A stretch of 64,000 bases of DNA, taken from an uncultured Gammaproteobacteria bacterium (GTDB lineage: Bacteria; Pseudomonadota; Gammaproteobacteria; SZUA-152). The notes beneath the pieces were generated by a model, which made no database searches, had not been told where the DNA came from, and was given only the letters and a program-made list of their open reading frames with translations. Positions 56,195 to 64,000 of this stretch are shown here, piece by piece; position 1 is the first letter of the stretch, and each line of letters starts with the position of its first letter. The position numbers and the translations under genes were made by a program. Location: the NCBI GenBank assembly GCA_913009875.1, contig CAJVYS010000002.1:2073-66072 (forward strand), written 5' to 3'.

Positions 56195-57112
56195 ATGCAT
56201 TTCACCTTGCAACAGCTGAAACTGTTTGAGTCCGTGTACCGAAACGGCAGCTATACCCACGCCGCAAAGGAGCTGCATCTCACGCAACCGGCTGTATCTA
56301 TTCAAATAAAGAGGCTGGAGGCTCAGGTGGATCTGCCCCTGTTTGAGCAGGTGGGCAAGAAAATATTCCCCACCGCCGCCGGTAAGGCGGTGTACCAGGC
56401 CTGCGTGGACATCCTCGGCAGGGTGGCCGAGTTGAAGCGCTTGGTGGAGGAGATGAAAGGCGAGGTCAAAGGGCCGCTGGAGCTGTCCGTAGTGACCACC
56501 GCCAAGTATTTCATGCCGCACCTTTTGGGGCATTTTCTGCAAGATTATCCGGACGTGGAGCCCAAGCTGCGCTTCACCAACCGCGCCCGCGTGGTGGAGC
56601 GCCTGATGAACAACGAGGATGATTTCGTCGTCATGGGCCAGATTCCCGATGACAAAAATCTGGAAACTCACCCCTTCCTGGAGAACATCCTCGGCGTGGT
56701 GGCGCCGCCGGGCCACCCGCTGGTGGGCAAGAAAAAGGTTCGCCTGCAAGACCTGGTCAAGGAGCGCTTTATCGAACGAGAAGAGGGCTCCGGTACGCGG
56801 CTGGTGTTCGACGGTCTGCTGGAAAAAAACGGCCTCAAGATCGTGCCCTACATGGAACTGGGCAGCAGTGAGGCCATTAAGCAGGCCGTGATGGCGGGCC
56901 TGGGGCTGGCGGTACTGTCTTTGCACAGCCTTCGCCTGGAACAGGCCGCCGGCAAGCTGGTGGTACTGAATGTGACAGGTTTCCCGCTCAAGCGACGCTG
57001 GTATGCCGTGTATTTGAAGGGCAAGCGACTTTCGCTGGTTGCCAGAACCTTTCTTGACTACATTCTCGCAGAGAGTCACCAGCTGCTGGATATGCGGCAA
57101 GAGCCGTCGTAG
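56195..57112 (+). CDS. cbbR: LysR-family transcriptional regulator CbbR
   Basis: It has an N-terminal helix-turn-helix (LQQLKLFESVYRNGSYTHAAKELHLTQPAVSIQIKRLE) and is divergent from cbbL. Confidence 0.8.
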   Translation: MHFTLQQLKLFESVYRNGSYTHAAKELHLTQPAVSIQIKRLEAQVDLPLFEQVGKKIFPTAAGKAVYQACVDILGRVAELKRLVEEMKGEVKGPLELSVVTTAKYFMPHLLGHFLQDYPDVEPKLRFTNRARVVERLMNNEDDFVVMGQIPDDKNLETHPFLENILGVVAPPGHPLVGKKKVRLQDLVKERFIEREEGSGTRLVFDGLLEKNGLKIVPYMELGSSEAIKQAVMAGLGLAVLSLHSLRLEQAAGKLVVLNVTGFPLKRRWYAVYLKGKRLSLVARTFLDYILAESHQLLDMRQEPS

Positions 57113-57423
57113 TGGATCCGGGGTGTTTCCCGAAGGCGCCCAAAACACGTTGGCCGATGGGGTATCCATCTTGTGCGCACGGCGCACACTACACCTGCCC
57201 GTAGCGTGCGCCGCGCGCACGGTGACCTTTGTTCAGCTCACCACAGGGGTACGAATGCACAGAGGAATTCGACACTGAAATTGCTCAATGACGAAAGAAA
57301 TGGGATCTTGCTGCACTCACCCGTGCCTTCCCCCGATATTCATTCCATTTAGGTATTCTCTGTGCTTCTGTGCCCTCTGTGGTGAATACTTACGAATGAT
57401 TTTCTGCTCATCGAGGATCGACA

Positions 57424-57948
57424 ATGACCTGCCCCGATTATCTCAGCCAGGGCCTGGAACGGACCTTCAAGCGTATCCTGCGGGAGCGCATGCGGCACAT
57501 GCCGGTGATCAATGATGATTTGCGCGTAGAGGCGGTGGGCTTTCACCCCTGGCAGGGGCACAGCCTGGGCGTGATGGTGACGCCCTGGTTCATGGGCCTG
57601 ATGCTGATTCCGCGTGAGGGCGATGACTGGAGTGGGCTGCAGCTGGGGGAGAAATGCATCCATGAGTTCCCCACCGGCGCCTATGAATTCACCGTTGCCG
57701 AGGAGGATGGCATCGGGCGTTACCAAGTGTGCACGCTGTTTTCGCCCATGGCCCGATTTACCGACCAGGAGACCACCGTGGCCACTGCCGAGGCGGTGCT
57801 GCGGGGCCTGACCGGCGAGAAAAGGCGCGACCCGGCCGTCGCCGTAGATACCGCGGGTAAAGGTGAGGCCGCAGAGCCGCAACCGTTGGAGGAGCGCTCC
57901 CTCAGCCGCCGGGACCTGCTCAGGGGCCGGTTTCTGGGGCGTTCGTGA
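57424..57948 (+). CDS. HybE-family chaperone-like protein (the hydrogenase-2 assembly chaperone family)
   Basis: GVMVTPWFMGLMLIP ... EFPTGAYEFTVAEEDGIGRYQVCTLFSPM aligns to E. coli HybE (GCVITPWMLSAVIFP ... GTMTFTVGELDGVSQYLSCSLMSPL). The conserved C-terminus RRDLLRGR matches RRALLFGRR. Confidence 0.55.
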   Translation: MTCPDYLSQGLERTFKRILRERMRHMPVINDDLRVEAVGFHPWQGHSLGVMVTPWFMGLMLIPREGDDWSGLQLGEKCIHEFPTGAYEFTVAEEDGIGRYQVCTLFSPMARFTDQETTVATAEAVLRGLTGEKRRDPAVAVDTAGKGEAAEPQPLEERSLSRRDLLRGRFLGRS

Positions 57949-58010
57949 GGCGGCACGGTGGGACTCGTGCGAGCGACAATGACAAAAACAGAAAACTAAG
58001 GAGTGGTGTT

Positions 58011-58994
58011 ATGTATGGCAGAGTCCGTAAATCAGGTGTGAAGGGCGAGTTGAAAACGACAGCAGCCGTGCTGTTGGCGGGATTCATGGCGGCGCCGGTC
58101 ATTGCCGACGAGCTGTTTCCCGAGCCGGCCTATGTGTCGCTGAGGGAGTCCGGCCAGGTGGCGAAATATCCGGGCCAGGTCATCTGGCCGGGCGGCCCGA
58201 AGATGCTTTACAGCTCGGTGACACCGGATGGGCGCGGATTGGTGGTAAGCAGCCCCAAGGACGGCGGCATCTATTTTTTTGATACGGCCTCTGGCCAGCA
58301 TTCGGCCGTGACCAAGACCGGCAAAGGGGCCAAGGGGCTGAAGATCTCGCCGGATGGCAAAGAGGTCTACGTCAGCAATGAAGGCGAAAACAGCATCTCG
58401 GTGGTGAATGTGGCCACACGACGAGTGGTGGCGACGATCGCCACGGAAGACATGCCGCATAACGTGCGCTTCACCGGGGACGGCAAGACCGCCTACGTCA
58501 CCCTGCAGGGCGGTGCCGGGCTGGGTGTGATCGATACCCGCATGCGCAAACTGCTCCGCGTGATCCCCACGCCGGGCATCGATGCCCCGCACAATCTGGA
58601 TCTGTCCGCCGATGAGCGGCTGGCCTTCATCCGTGGTGTCTCGAATCAGGTCGGGGTACTGGATCTCGTCTCCGGCGAGATGCGCAAGATCATCCCCGTC
58701 GGCCAGGGGCATGCCGGTATCGATGTCATCCCCAATGGCAAGCTGGTATTTACCGGCGCCATTGCCGACGACGTGGTGACCGTCATTGATGCCGACACCT
58801 TGGCCATCGTCAAGCGGATAAAGGTCGGCTTCGGCCCCCATGGCGTGCGAGCCAGCAAGGACAGCCGCTATCTGTACGTGTCCGTGACGGCCGATGACGA
58901 GGTCTACGTTATCGATATTGCGACACTCGACGTAGTCAAGAAATATACCGTCCCAAGCTTCCCGTTTTGGGTGGGAGTGAGAGGGAATCCTTAG
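58011..58994 (+). CDS. Secreted YVTN-family beta-propeller repeat protein
   Basis: It has a Sec signal peptide (AAVLLAGFMAAPVIA) and repeated blades of about 40 aa (GKxxYVSNxxxNSISVVNVAT ...). The Shine-Dalgarno sequence is aaggag. Confidence 0.6.
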   Translation: MYGRVRKSGVKGELKTTAAVLLAGFMAAPVIADELFPEPAYVSLRESGQVAKYPGQVIWPGGPKMLYSSVTPDGRGLVVSSPKDGGIYFFDTASGQHSAVTKTGKGAKGLKISPDGKEVYVSNEGENSISVVNVATRRVVATIATEDMPHNVRFTGDGKTAYVTLQGGAGLGVIDTRMRKLLRVIPTPGIDAPHNLDLSADERLAFIRGVSNQVGVLDLVSGEMRKIIPVGQGHAGIDVIPNGKLVFTGAIADDVVTVIDADTLAIVKRIKVGFGPHGVRASKDSRYLYVSVTADDEVYVIDIATLDVVKKYTVPSFPFWVGVRGNP

Positions 58995-59090
58995 TGCAGC
59001 GTGCTGCCTGGTTCTGGGGCGGCGCTTGACCCTAAGGTTGATCAGGGGGGCGAGGCGTGGCCTGGGCCTTTTCCGATCCCTTTTCCTGGT

Positions 59091-59678
59091 TTATTTCTCG
59101 TATTTCTCCTGCTCCTGAAGCGCTTCTATCAAGTCAAGTATATTGTAGTTCGACTGCAATTCTTCAATCGATTCCAATTTATGCTGGGCAGTCTTGCTGA
59201 TGGATTGATATTGTGACAGAATTTTGAAGTATGAGTCTGGTAAAGAAAACAGTAACTCTTTTGTGTTGTCAATTTTCATTAATATGGATTTAAGTTTAGC
59301 GCCTGACTCTATGTTGATTTTTTCGTTCTGCGCTATTTTTATTACATATTTAAGGTCGGACGCTTTTGAAATATACGCTCCAACTGCACCGCTAATGCAC
59401 TTATCACTGTGCTTTTTCTTCAAAAGAAACAGAGCGGAATTTAATTGTTGTTTGGATAGCCCTGCAGGAATTTTTTTTACAACCGAGTCAAAGTCATAAT
59501 CGCGCTCTGTTCGCAAACTACAGTTATTAACTTGCTTGTTAAGTGTTTCATAGGCGATTTGATATTCTGAGTATAAATTCAAAAATGCGCTTTCATAATA
59601 AGCCATGTCATCGTCAGCATTCGCTTGGCCGAACAATATACATATTAAAAAAATCACTAATGATTTAGTAGCATTCAT
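59091..59678 (-). CDS. AT-rich (about 35% GC) secreted hypothetical protein; foreign
   Basis: It has a signal peptide (MNATKSLVIFLICILFGQANA) and is extremely AT-rich relative to the backbone. Confidence 0.5.
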   Translation of the reverse strand: MNATKSLVIFLICILFGQANADDDMAYYESAFLNLYSEYQIAYETLNKQVNNCSLRTERDYDFDSVVKKIPAGLSKQQLNSALFLLKKKHSDKCISGAVGAYISKASDLKYVIKIAQNEKINIESGAKLKSILMKIDNTKELLFSLPDSYFKILSQYQSISKTAQHKLESIEELQSNYNILDLIEALQEQEKYEK

Positions 59679-59926
59679 ACATATTCTTTCAGAATGTATT
59701 TTCTCTTCCTTTTGTATTAAGGATCATTATCTCAATTTCCATTTGTACGGCTCTTTTAGTAACTGCATTCATAGATTTCATGGCCCTAGAAAGGGTAATC
59801 CAATCTGTGGATGTCACGCTAAATATTAACGGTATTGCCTTGTGCGGGAACTTCATGATTCCACCAGTTTAAGCGGTCAAAGCCCTTATTGCCCTCTTGC
59901 TTGAGTTTTCTTCCGCGGATTAGGGT

Positions 59927-59975
59927 GGCGCGGAGCGCCACAGGATGTGTGACACCGCAGAGCGGTGTCACAAGC
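59927..59975. repeat. 50-bp double-palindrome element, a copy of 42721-42776
   Basis: ggcgcggagcgccacaggatgtgtgacaccgcagagcggtgtcacaagc. Confidence 0.55.
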
Positions 59976-60096
59976 GGTAGTAGTTGAGGTGTCGCAGGTA
60001 GTGTTTGGCCTGCTCTCTGTCGGGCACGATCATGCCGCGCTGGATGAGGGTATCGACCTGCTGGTCGAAGGTGGTCGAGGGCTTAGTGAAGCGCAC
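59969..60096 (-). pseudogene. 5' fragment (about 42 codons) of an Abi_2 (AbiD/AbiF-like) abortive-infection gene, truncated at the palindromic repeat
   Basis: The translation (V)RFTKPSTTFDQQVDTLIQRGMIVPDREQAKHYLRHLNYYRL* matches the Abi_2 N-terminal signature (KPxLTFEEQIxLLxxRGL ... YYRL). The stop lies inside the repeat. Confidence 0.4.
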
Positions 60097-60475
60097 TTTC
60101 TAGCCCCTAGAAAAGTGCCCCCACCCCAGGGTGCGCCGTTCCAAATATTCTTTCTATACAACAAAACTACCCACCGTGTCGACATTGTTTTACTTTACAG
60201 GGGGTAAGTGTCCGTGAAAATAATTACTGTAGCGTATCGATTTAAGTGCTCTGTGTGGGATTTTCTGGCTTTTGTCACCACGGGTAAAGAAACAACATAA
60301 CCCCAATCATCCTCAGCAGTGACTGCCTGACCTGGGCTGTGGCTAGGTGGTTTCTCAGGTATTAGATAGCTAATGTGGGGGGCTAGGAAAGGCTGAATTC
60401 CCCTTTATATTGGAGTTCCGCTGGTTTTTTCAAAGCTGTCGATGTCGCCAGCAAGGCTGTAGTCCGCATGAGATA

Positions 60476-60507
60476 TGGTCGGCGTGAGAGGATTTAAACC
60501 TCCGACC
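60476..60507 (-). pseudogene. Partial tRNA-Thr 3'-end copy (att-like remnant)
   Basis: The reverse complement aggtcggaggtttaaatcctctcacgccgacca matches the tRNA-Thr 3' end aggtcggaggttcgactcctctcatcggcacca at about 80%. No pairing 5' acceptor strand exists. Confidence 0.45.
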
Positions 60508-60615
60508 TCATGGTTGAAGGGAAAATTCTGGGCTATTAAACATCATTTGCGGTGACTTACTTGGTGACTTGGATGTCGCCCGAACGTCTGTTCTAGATGT
60601 AACTCGTTGATTGTA

Positions 60616-60691
<76 letters not shown>

Positions 60692-60794
60692 GTGTGATCG
60701 GGTTTACCGCGCGGGAGGCGGGAGTATACGAGATGGGGGGGTGGGGAAACAACCGGCGCCGCTGAATGGTGGTTTCCCGGGGTGGCGGTCGGGG

Positions 60795-61220
60795 TCAGGG
60801 TTTGTTGCGCAGGCGGACGATGACGTCGATGCCTTCCAGCTCGGTGCCGTCGGGGGCCTTGGGCAGCTGGCTGAGGGCGATCTGCTCGTCATCGATGTCG
60901 CTCAGCATGCCGGTGCTGAGGTTGAAATAGTGGTGGTGCGGGCGGGTATTGGAGTCGTAGAAGATCTTGCTGGGATCGACCACCACTTCGCGGATCAGGC
61001 CCTTGCGGGTGAACAGACCGAGGGTGTTGTACACAGTGGCCTTCGAGACCTGATAGTCTTTTGTGTTGACGCGCTCGAGGATCTGCTCCGCCGAGAGGTG
61101 CTGCGGGCGGGCAAACATGATGCGGGCAATCTGCCGGCGCTGTTGGGTGGGTGAGATGCCGTAGCTGGCCAGCAGTTCGCCGACGTCACCACCAAATCGC
61201 TTGTCGTTATTTCCTACCAT
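60795..61220 (-). CDS. Fur-family transcriptional regulator; an alternative start lies at 61241
   Basis: GELLASYGISPTQQRRQIARIM ... ATVYNTLGLFTRKGLIREV ... HHHYFN shows the Fur-family helix-turn-helix and a His-rich metal site. Confidence 0.7.
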   Translation of the reverse strand: MVGNNDKRFGGDVGELLASYGISPTQQRRQIARIMFARPQHLSAEQILERVNTKDYQVSKATVYNTLGLFTRKGLIREVVVDPSKIFYDSNTRPHHHYFNLSTGMLSDIDDEQIALSQLPKAPDGTELEGIDVIVRLRNKP

Positions 61221-61479
61221 GATGCTAAGTATATCGTCCAATGTGGAAAATTTCTAATTTGGGCGTCTTGGGAGCTTGTCGGACTTAGGGAGAATCTACT
61301 ACGGCGGCGGGAAATCGGCCCATTTTTTCGATCCTTTTCGTTAAATAGGTCCACTATTTACCTACATGGATGTAGGCAAGGGGCGATAGCAGGACGCGGT
61401 AGCTTCGCCTCAAAGGATCAAAAAAATGGCCTCGATTTCCCACTCGCCTTGCTACGATTCCCTAAGTCCGACAAGCTCC

Positions 61480-62580
61480 TCAGGCCGCGCTGGAGTGGCT
61501 GTTGAGGGCGAAAGGGGTGGGATCCAGCATGGGGCGGCGTCCCAGTATCAGGTCCACCAGCAGGTGCGCGGAGGCGGGGGCCATGACGACACCATTGCGG
61601 AAGTGGCCGGCGTTGATGTACAGCCCTTCGATCTGCGGATGGGCGCCGATGTAGGGGATGCCGTTGGGAGAGGCGGGGCGCAGGCCGGCCCAGTGGCGCT
61701 CCAGCGGTACCTCGGCGAGTGCGGGGATCAGGGCCTGGGCGGCGCGTTCCAGTTCGTGTCGGGCCTGCTCGGTGACGGTCTTGTCGAAGCCGACGTCTTC
61801 CAGGGTGCTGCCGAAGAGCAGGCGGCCGTCGCGGCGCGGGATGGCGTAGTGCCCCCGATGCAGGAGGACGTGTTTCAACAGCCCGGGCTCGCCCCGGTAG
61901 AGCAGCATTTGGCCGCGCACGGGGATGATGTCGATGGCCTGGCCCAGCTCCCGCAGCAGGGAGGCGCTCCACGCGCCGCAGGCGATGATGACCTGCTCGG
62001 CGGCGATGCTGTCGCCATCTGCGGTACCGACGCCGCGGATGCGGCCGCTTTCGTGCAGCAGATGGCTGACTTCGGCCGATTCGGTGATGCGCACGCCGCG
62101 CGCCTGCACGTCCTGGCGCAGGGCCTTGAGCAGGCAGGGGTTGCGCACCTGGGCGAATTCGGGGAACAGCAGGCCGCCTCCGGGGTGCTCGCTGACGGCG
62201 GGTTCGATGCGGCCGAGTGTGTCATGGTCGATGAGGTCGAGCCGTGTGCCGGCCTTCGCGGCCCAGGCCGTGGCGTGGGCGGTTTCGTCGTCATCGAGGA
62301 TCAGCAGGCCGCTCTGAATCCACTCGGGATCAATGCCGGTGTCGGCCTGCAATTCATCGGTGAGGGCGCGGTAGTGTTGCTGGCTCCAGTGGGCGAGGGC
62401 GTTGACAGGTTCCGCGTAACGCCACGGATAGAGCGGGGACAGGATGCCACCGCCGGCCCAGGAGGATTCGCGGCCGATCTGGCGGCGTTCCAGCAGGGTG
62501 ACGCTGGCGCCGGTCTGGCTGAGATAGCGGGCGGTGAGCAGGCCGATGATGCCGCCGCCGACGATGAGATGGTCACTCAT
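61480..62580 (-). CDS. thiO: Glycine oxidase ThiO (FAD-dependent)
   Basis: The N-terminus MSDHLIVGGGIIGLLTARYL shows a GxGxxG motif, with HWAGLRP near the C-terminus. Its start overlaps the pfkB stop. Confidence 0.75.
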   Translation of the reverse strand: MSDHLIVGGGIIGLLTARYLSQTGASVTLLERRQIGRESSWAGGGILSPLYPWRYAEPVNALAHWSQQHYRALTDELQADTGIDPEWIQSGLLILDDDETAHATAWAAKAGTRLDLIDHDTLGRIEPAVSEHPGGGLLFPEFAQVRNPCLLKALRQDVQARGVRITESAEVSHLLHESGRIRGVGTADGDSIAAEQVIIACGAWSASLLRELGQAIDIIPVRGQMLLYRGEPGLLKHVLLHRGHYAIPRRDGRLLFGSTLEDVGFDKTVTEQARHELERAAQALIPALAEVPLERHWAGLRPASPNGIPYIGAHPQIEGLYINAGHFRNGVVMAPASAHLLVDLILGRRPMLDPTPFALNSHSSAA

Positions 62581-63491
62581 GGTTGTTCCTGAATCGATGG
62601 CTTGCTGAGGCCGTGAAAGCCGTGCCGGCCGACCTTGTCGCCGGCCAGCCGGCAGGCGCTGCGCAGGCTGTCGGCGAGCCCCTGTCCCGTCAGCCGGGCG
62701 TGGATCAGGCCGGCGTTGAAGGTGTCGCCGGCACCGAGGGTGTCGATGACCTTGGGCGGCGCGAAGGCCGGGCTGTGGCGGAGTTCGCCGGCCGGCGCCA
62801 GGCCGTAGGCGCCGTGCTCTCCCCAGCTGCAGACATGGATCGCCCGTGGCGCCAGCTGCCGCTGCTGGCGCAGGAAGGTATCGGCGGCAGCCTCGGGGGC
62901 TGCCTCGGCCTCTGCGCCAAGCTGGTGCAGTGCGTAGTGGCGGGAGTATATCAGCAGGTCCGCGAGCCCGCACAGCTGCTCGATGTGCTCGCGGGGCTTT
63001 TCGATCTCGACGGACAGGGGTAGCCGCGGACACTGTCGGCGGGCGTGTTTCAGCATCTCGGCGAGGGCCGCCACGTTGCGCCCCTCGGCATGCAGCCAGT
63101 TCAGTTTATGCAGGTCGATACGGTGAAAGGTATCGGCGTCGTACTCCGGCAGGTCGCGGTAATGAATGATGGTGCGTGAGCCGTTGTGCACGTTGAGGGC
63201 GATATAAGAGGTGGGCGCGTGGGCGCCGGAGAGCTGCTGCACATGCGTGGTGTCGATGCCGTATTGCGCCAGGTCGTCACGGATGGCCTCGCTGCTGGCG
63301 TCGTCGGCCAGGGTGCCGGCCCACTGGCAGAGGTGCCCCAGCTGACTGAGCACGACCAGGGTGTTGGTGACGTTGCCGCCGCGGCGGACATCCTGCGCCA
63401 GGGCGCGTACTTCTTCGTCTTCGGCGGGCCAGGCCGCGACGTGGTTGATGATGTCCAGGGTGGCGATGCCGACGCCGAGGATGTTTGCCAT
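62577..63491 (-). CDS. PfkB-family carbohydrate kinase
   Basis: The N-terminal motif GVGIATLDII and the C-terminal motif DTLGAGDTFNAG are PfkB signatures. Confidence 0.7.
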   Translation of the reverse strand: MANILGVGIATLDIINHVAAWPAEDEEVRALAQDVRRGGNVTNTLVVLSQLGHLCQWAGTLADDASSEAIRDDLAQYGIDTTHVQQLSGAHAPTSYIALNVHNGSRTIIHYRDLPEYDADTFHRIDLHKLNWLHAEGRNVAALAEMLKHARRQCPRLPLSVEIEKPREHIEQLCGLADLLIYSRHYALHQLGAEAEAAPEAAADTFLRQQRQLAPRAIHVCSWGEHGAYGLAPAGELRHSPAFAPPKVIDTLGAGDTFNAGLIHARLTGQGLADSLRSACRLAGDKVGRHGFHGLSKPSIQEQP

Positions 63492-63501
63492 GGTCGCTGT
63501 G

Positions 63502-63813
63502 TTAGCGAGTTTTGTCCGGGCCGCTGTTGGCCCTGCGCATGGCGGAGAGGGGAATAAAGAGGCTGAAGTAGTCGAGGATCAGCCAACCCGCCAGGCCGGC
63601 GAGCAGATACCAGAGGCTGTCGAGATAGGCGAGATAGCCGAACAGCACCACGTCCCACAGATAGAGAAAGTACATGGCGGCCATGACGAGGGGCTGGGCG
63701 CAGACGCGGCCGTCGCAGTTTGGACAATGCATGATGGCCCACTTTGCGCTGCGGTACTTGTCCCACCAGGAAAAGGATTTCTGCTCGCAATGGGGGCAGG
63801 GTATGGATGCCAT
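63502..63813 (-). CDS. Small zinc-ribbon membrane protein, hypothetical
   Basis: It has a CPHC ... CPNC pair followed by two hydrophobic helices. Confidence 0.4.
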   Translation of the reverse strand: MASIPCPHCEQKSFSWWDKYRSAKWAIMHCPNCDGRVCAQPLVMAAMYFLYLWDVVLFGYLAYLDSLWYLLAGLAGWLILDYFSLFIPLSAMRRANSGPDKTR

Positions 63814-64000
63814 GAGTCGTGTCGCCAGCCGCTGTTGTAGGCTGCCGATCTTAACCGAGTGGCGGGGTGCCTGCCTATTCCCGGGAGGGGGGATTGGTTA
63901 CAATCGAAAGAAAAAATACTTCACTGCTGTTTTTGTTGACGATTTACGGTGTATTGGGTGGGGGGATAGATGGGGAGTGTTATGGGAAAAATCGGCCGGC

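Noticed and set aside
57900-58011. Tat-like SRRDLLRGRFLG at the C-terminus of the HybE-like ORF, which might be a frameshifted twin-arginine signal for the downstream propeller
   Set aside because: E. coli HybE itself ends with RRALLFGRR, so this motif is a native HybE feature. It is also too far, about 40 aa, from the propeller's hydrophobic region to be one signal peptide.
60476-60565. A possible second full tRNA gene upstream of tRNA-Thr
   Set aside because: Only the T-arm and 3' acceptor strand are present. No complementary 5' acceptor strand exists within 95 nt, so it is a partial 3' copy and not a gene.

Overview
This is a high-GC (about 63-65%) gammaproteobacterial chromosome segment, apparently from a Calvin-cycle autotroph. 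It carries a form IA RuBisCO operon (cbbR divergent from cbbL-cbbS-cbbQ-cbbO, then a hypothetical gene and a class II aldolase fused to a Dabb domain). Conserved housekeeping blocks show Pseudomonas-like synteny: glnA with a DUF4124 gene, ntrB and ntrC; glyQ-glyS-gmhB-plsC; plsY next to folB-folK; uppP; apaH; ygiQ; rubrerythrin; thiO; and the 3' end of an MSHA-type type IV pilus cluster (MshQ-like, four prepilin-type genes and an MshI-like gene). The backbone is littered with Pseudomonas-type REP hairpins from two related families, a 165-bp composite palindromic element, a 9-mer-based palindrome family and a 23-bp perfect-palindrome family. Four low-GC islands interrupt the backbone. (A) A large unknown lipoprotein, a MITE-like element and an ISL3-like transposase fragment lie between glnA and the DUF4124-ntrBC genes. 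(B) A 1.17-kb cassette flanked by 21-bp direct repeats sits just after rubrerythrin and encodes a divergent class-III nucleotidyl-cyclase-fold protein; next come an MscS channel and a Fic/HTH 'mobile mystery protein' pair. (C) An island at tRNA-Arg holds an unknown 426-aa protein, an Xre-RES toxin-antitoxin pair and a truncated IS630 transposase. (D) An AT-rich secreted protein, a truncated Abi_2 gene fragment and a partial tRNA-Thr copy lie next to tRNA-Thr. All calls were made by eye from the sequence and the ORF translations; no database searches were run.
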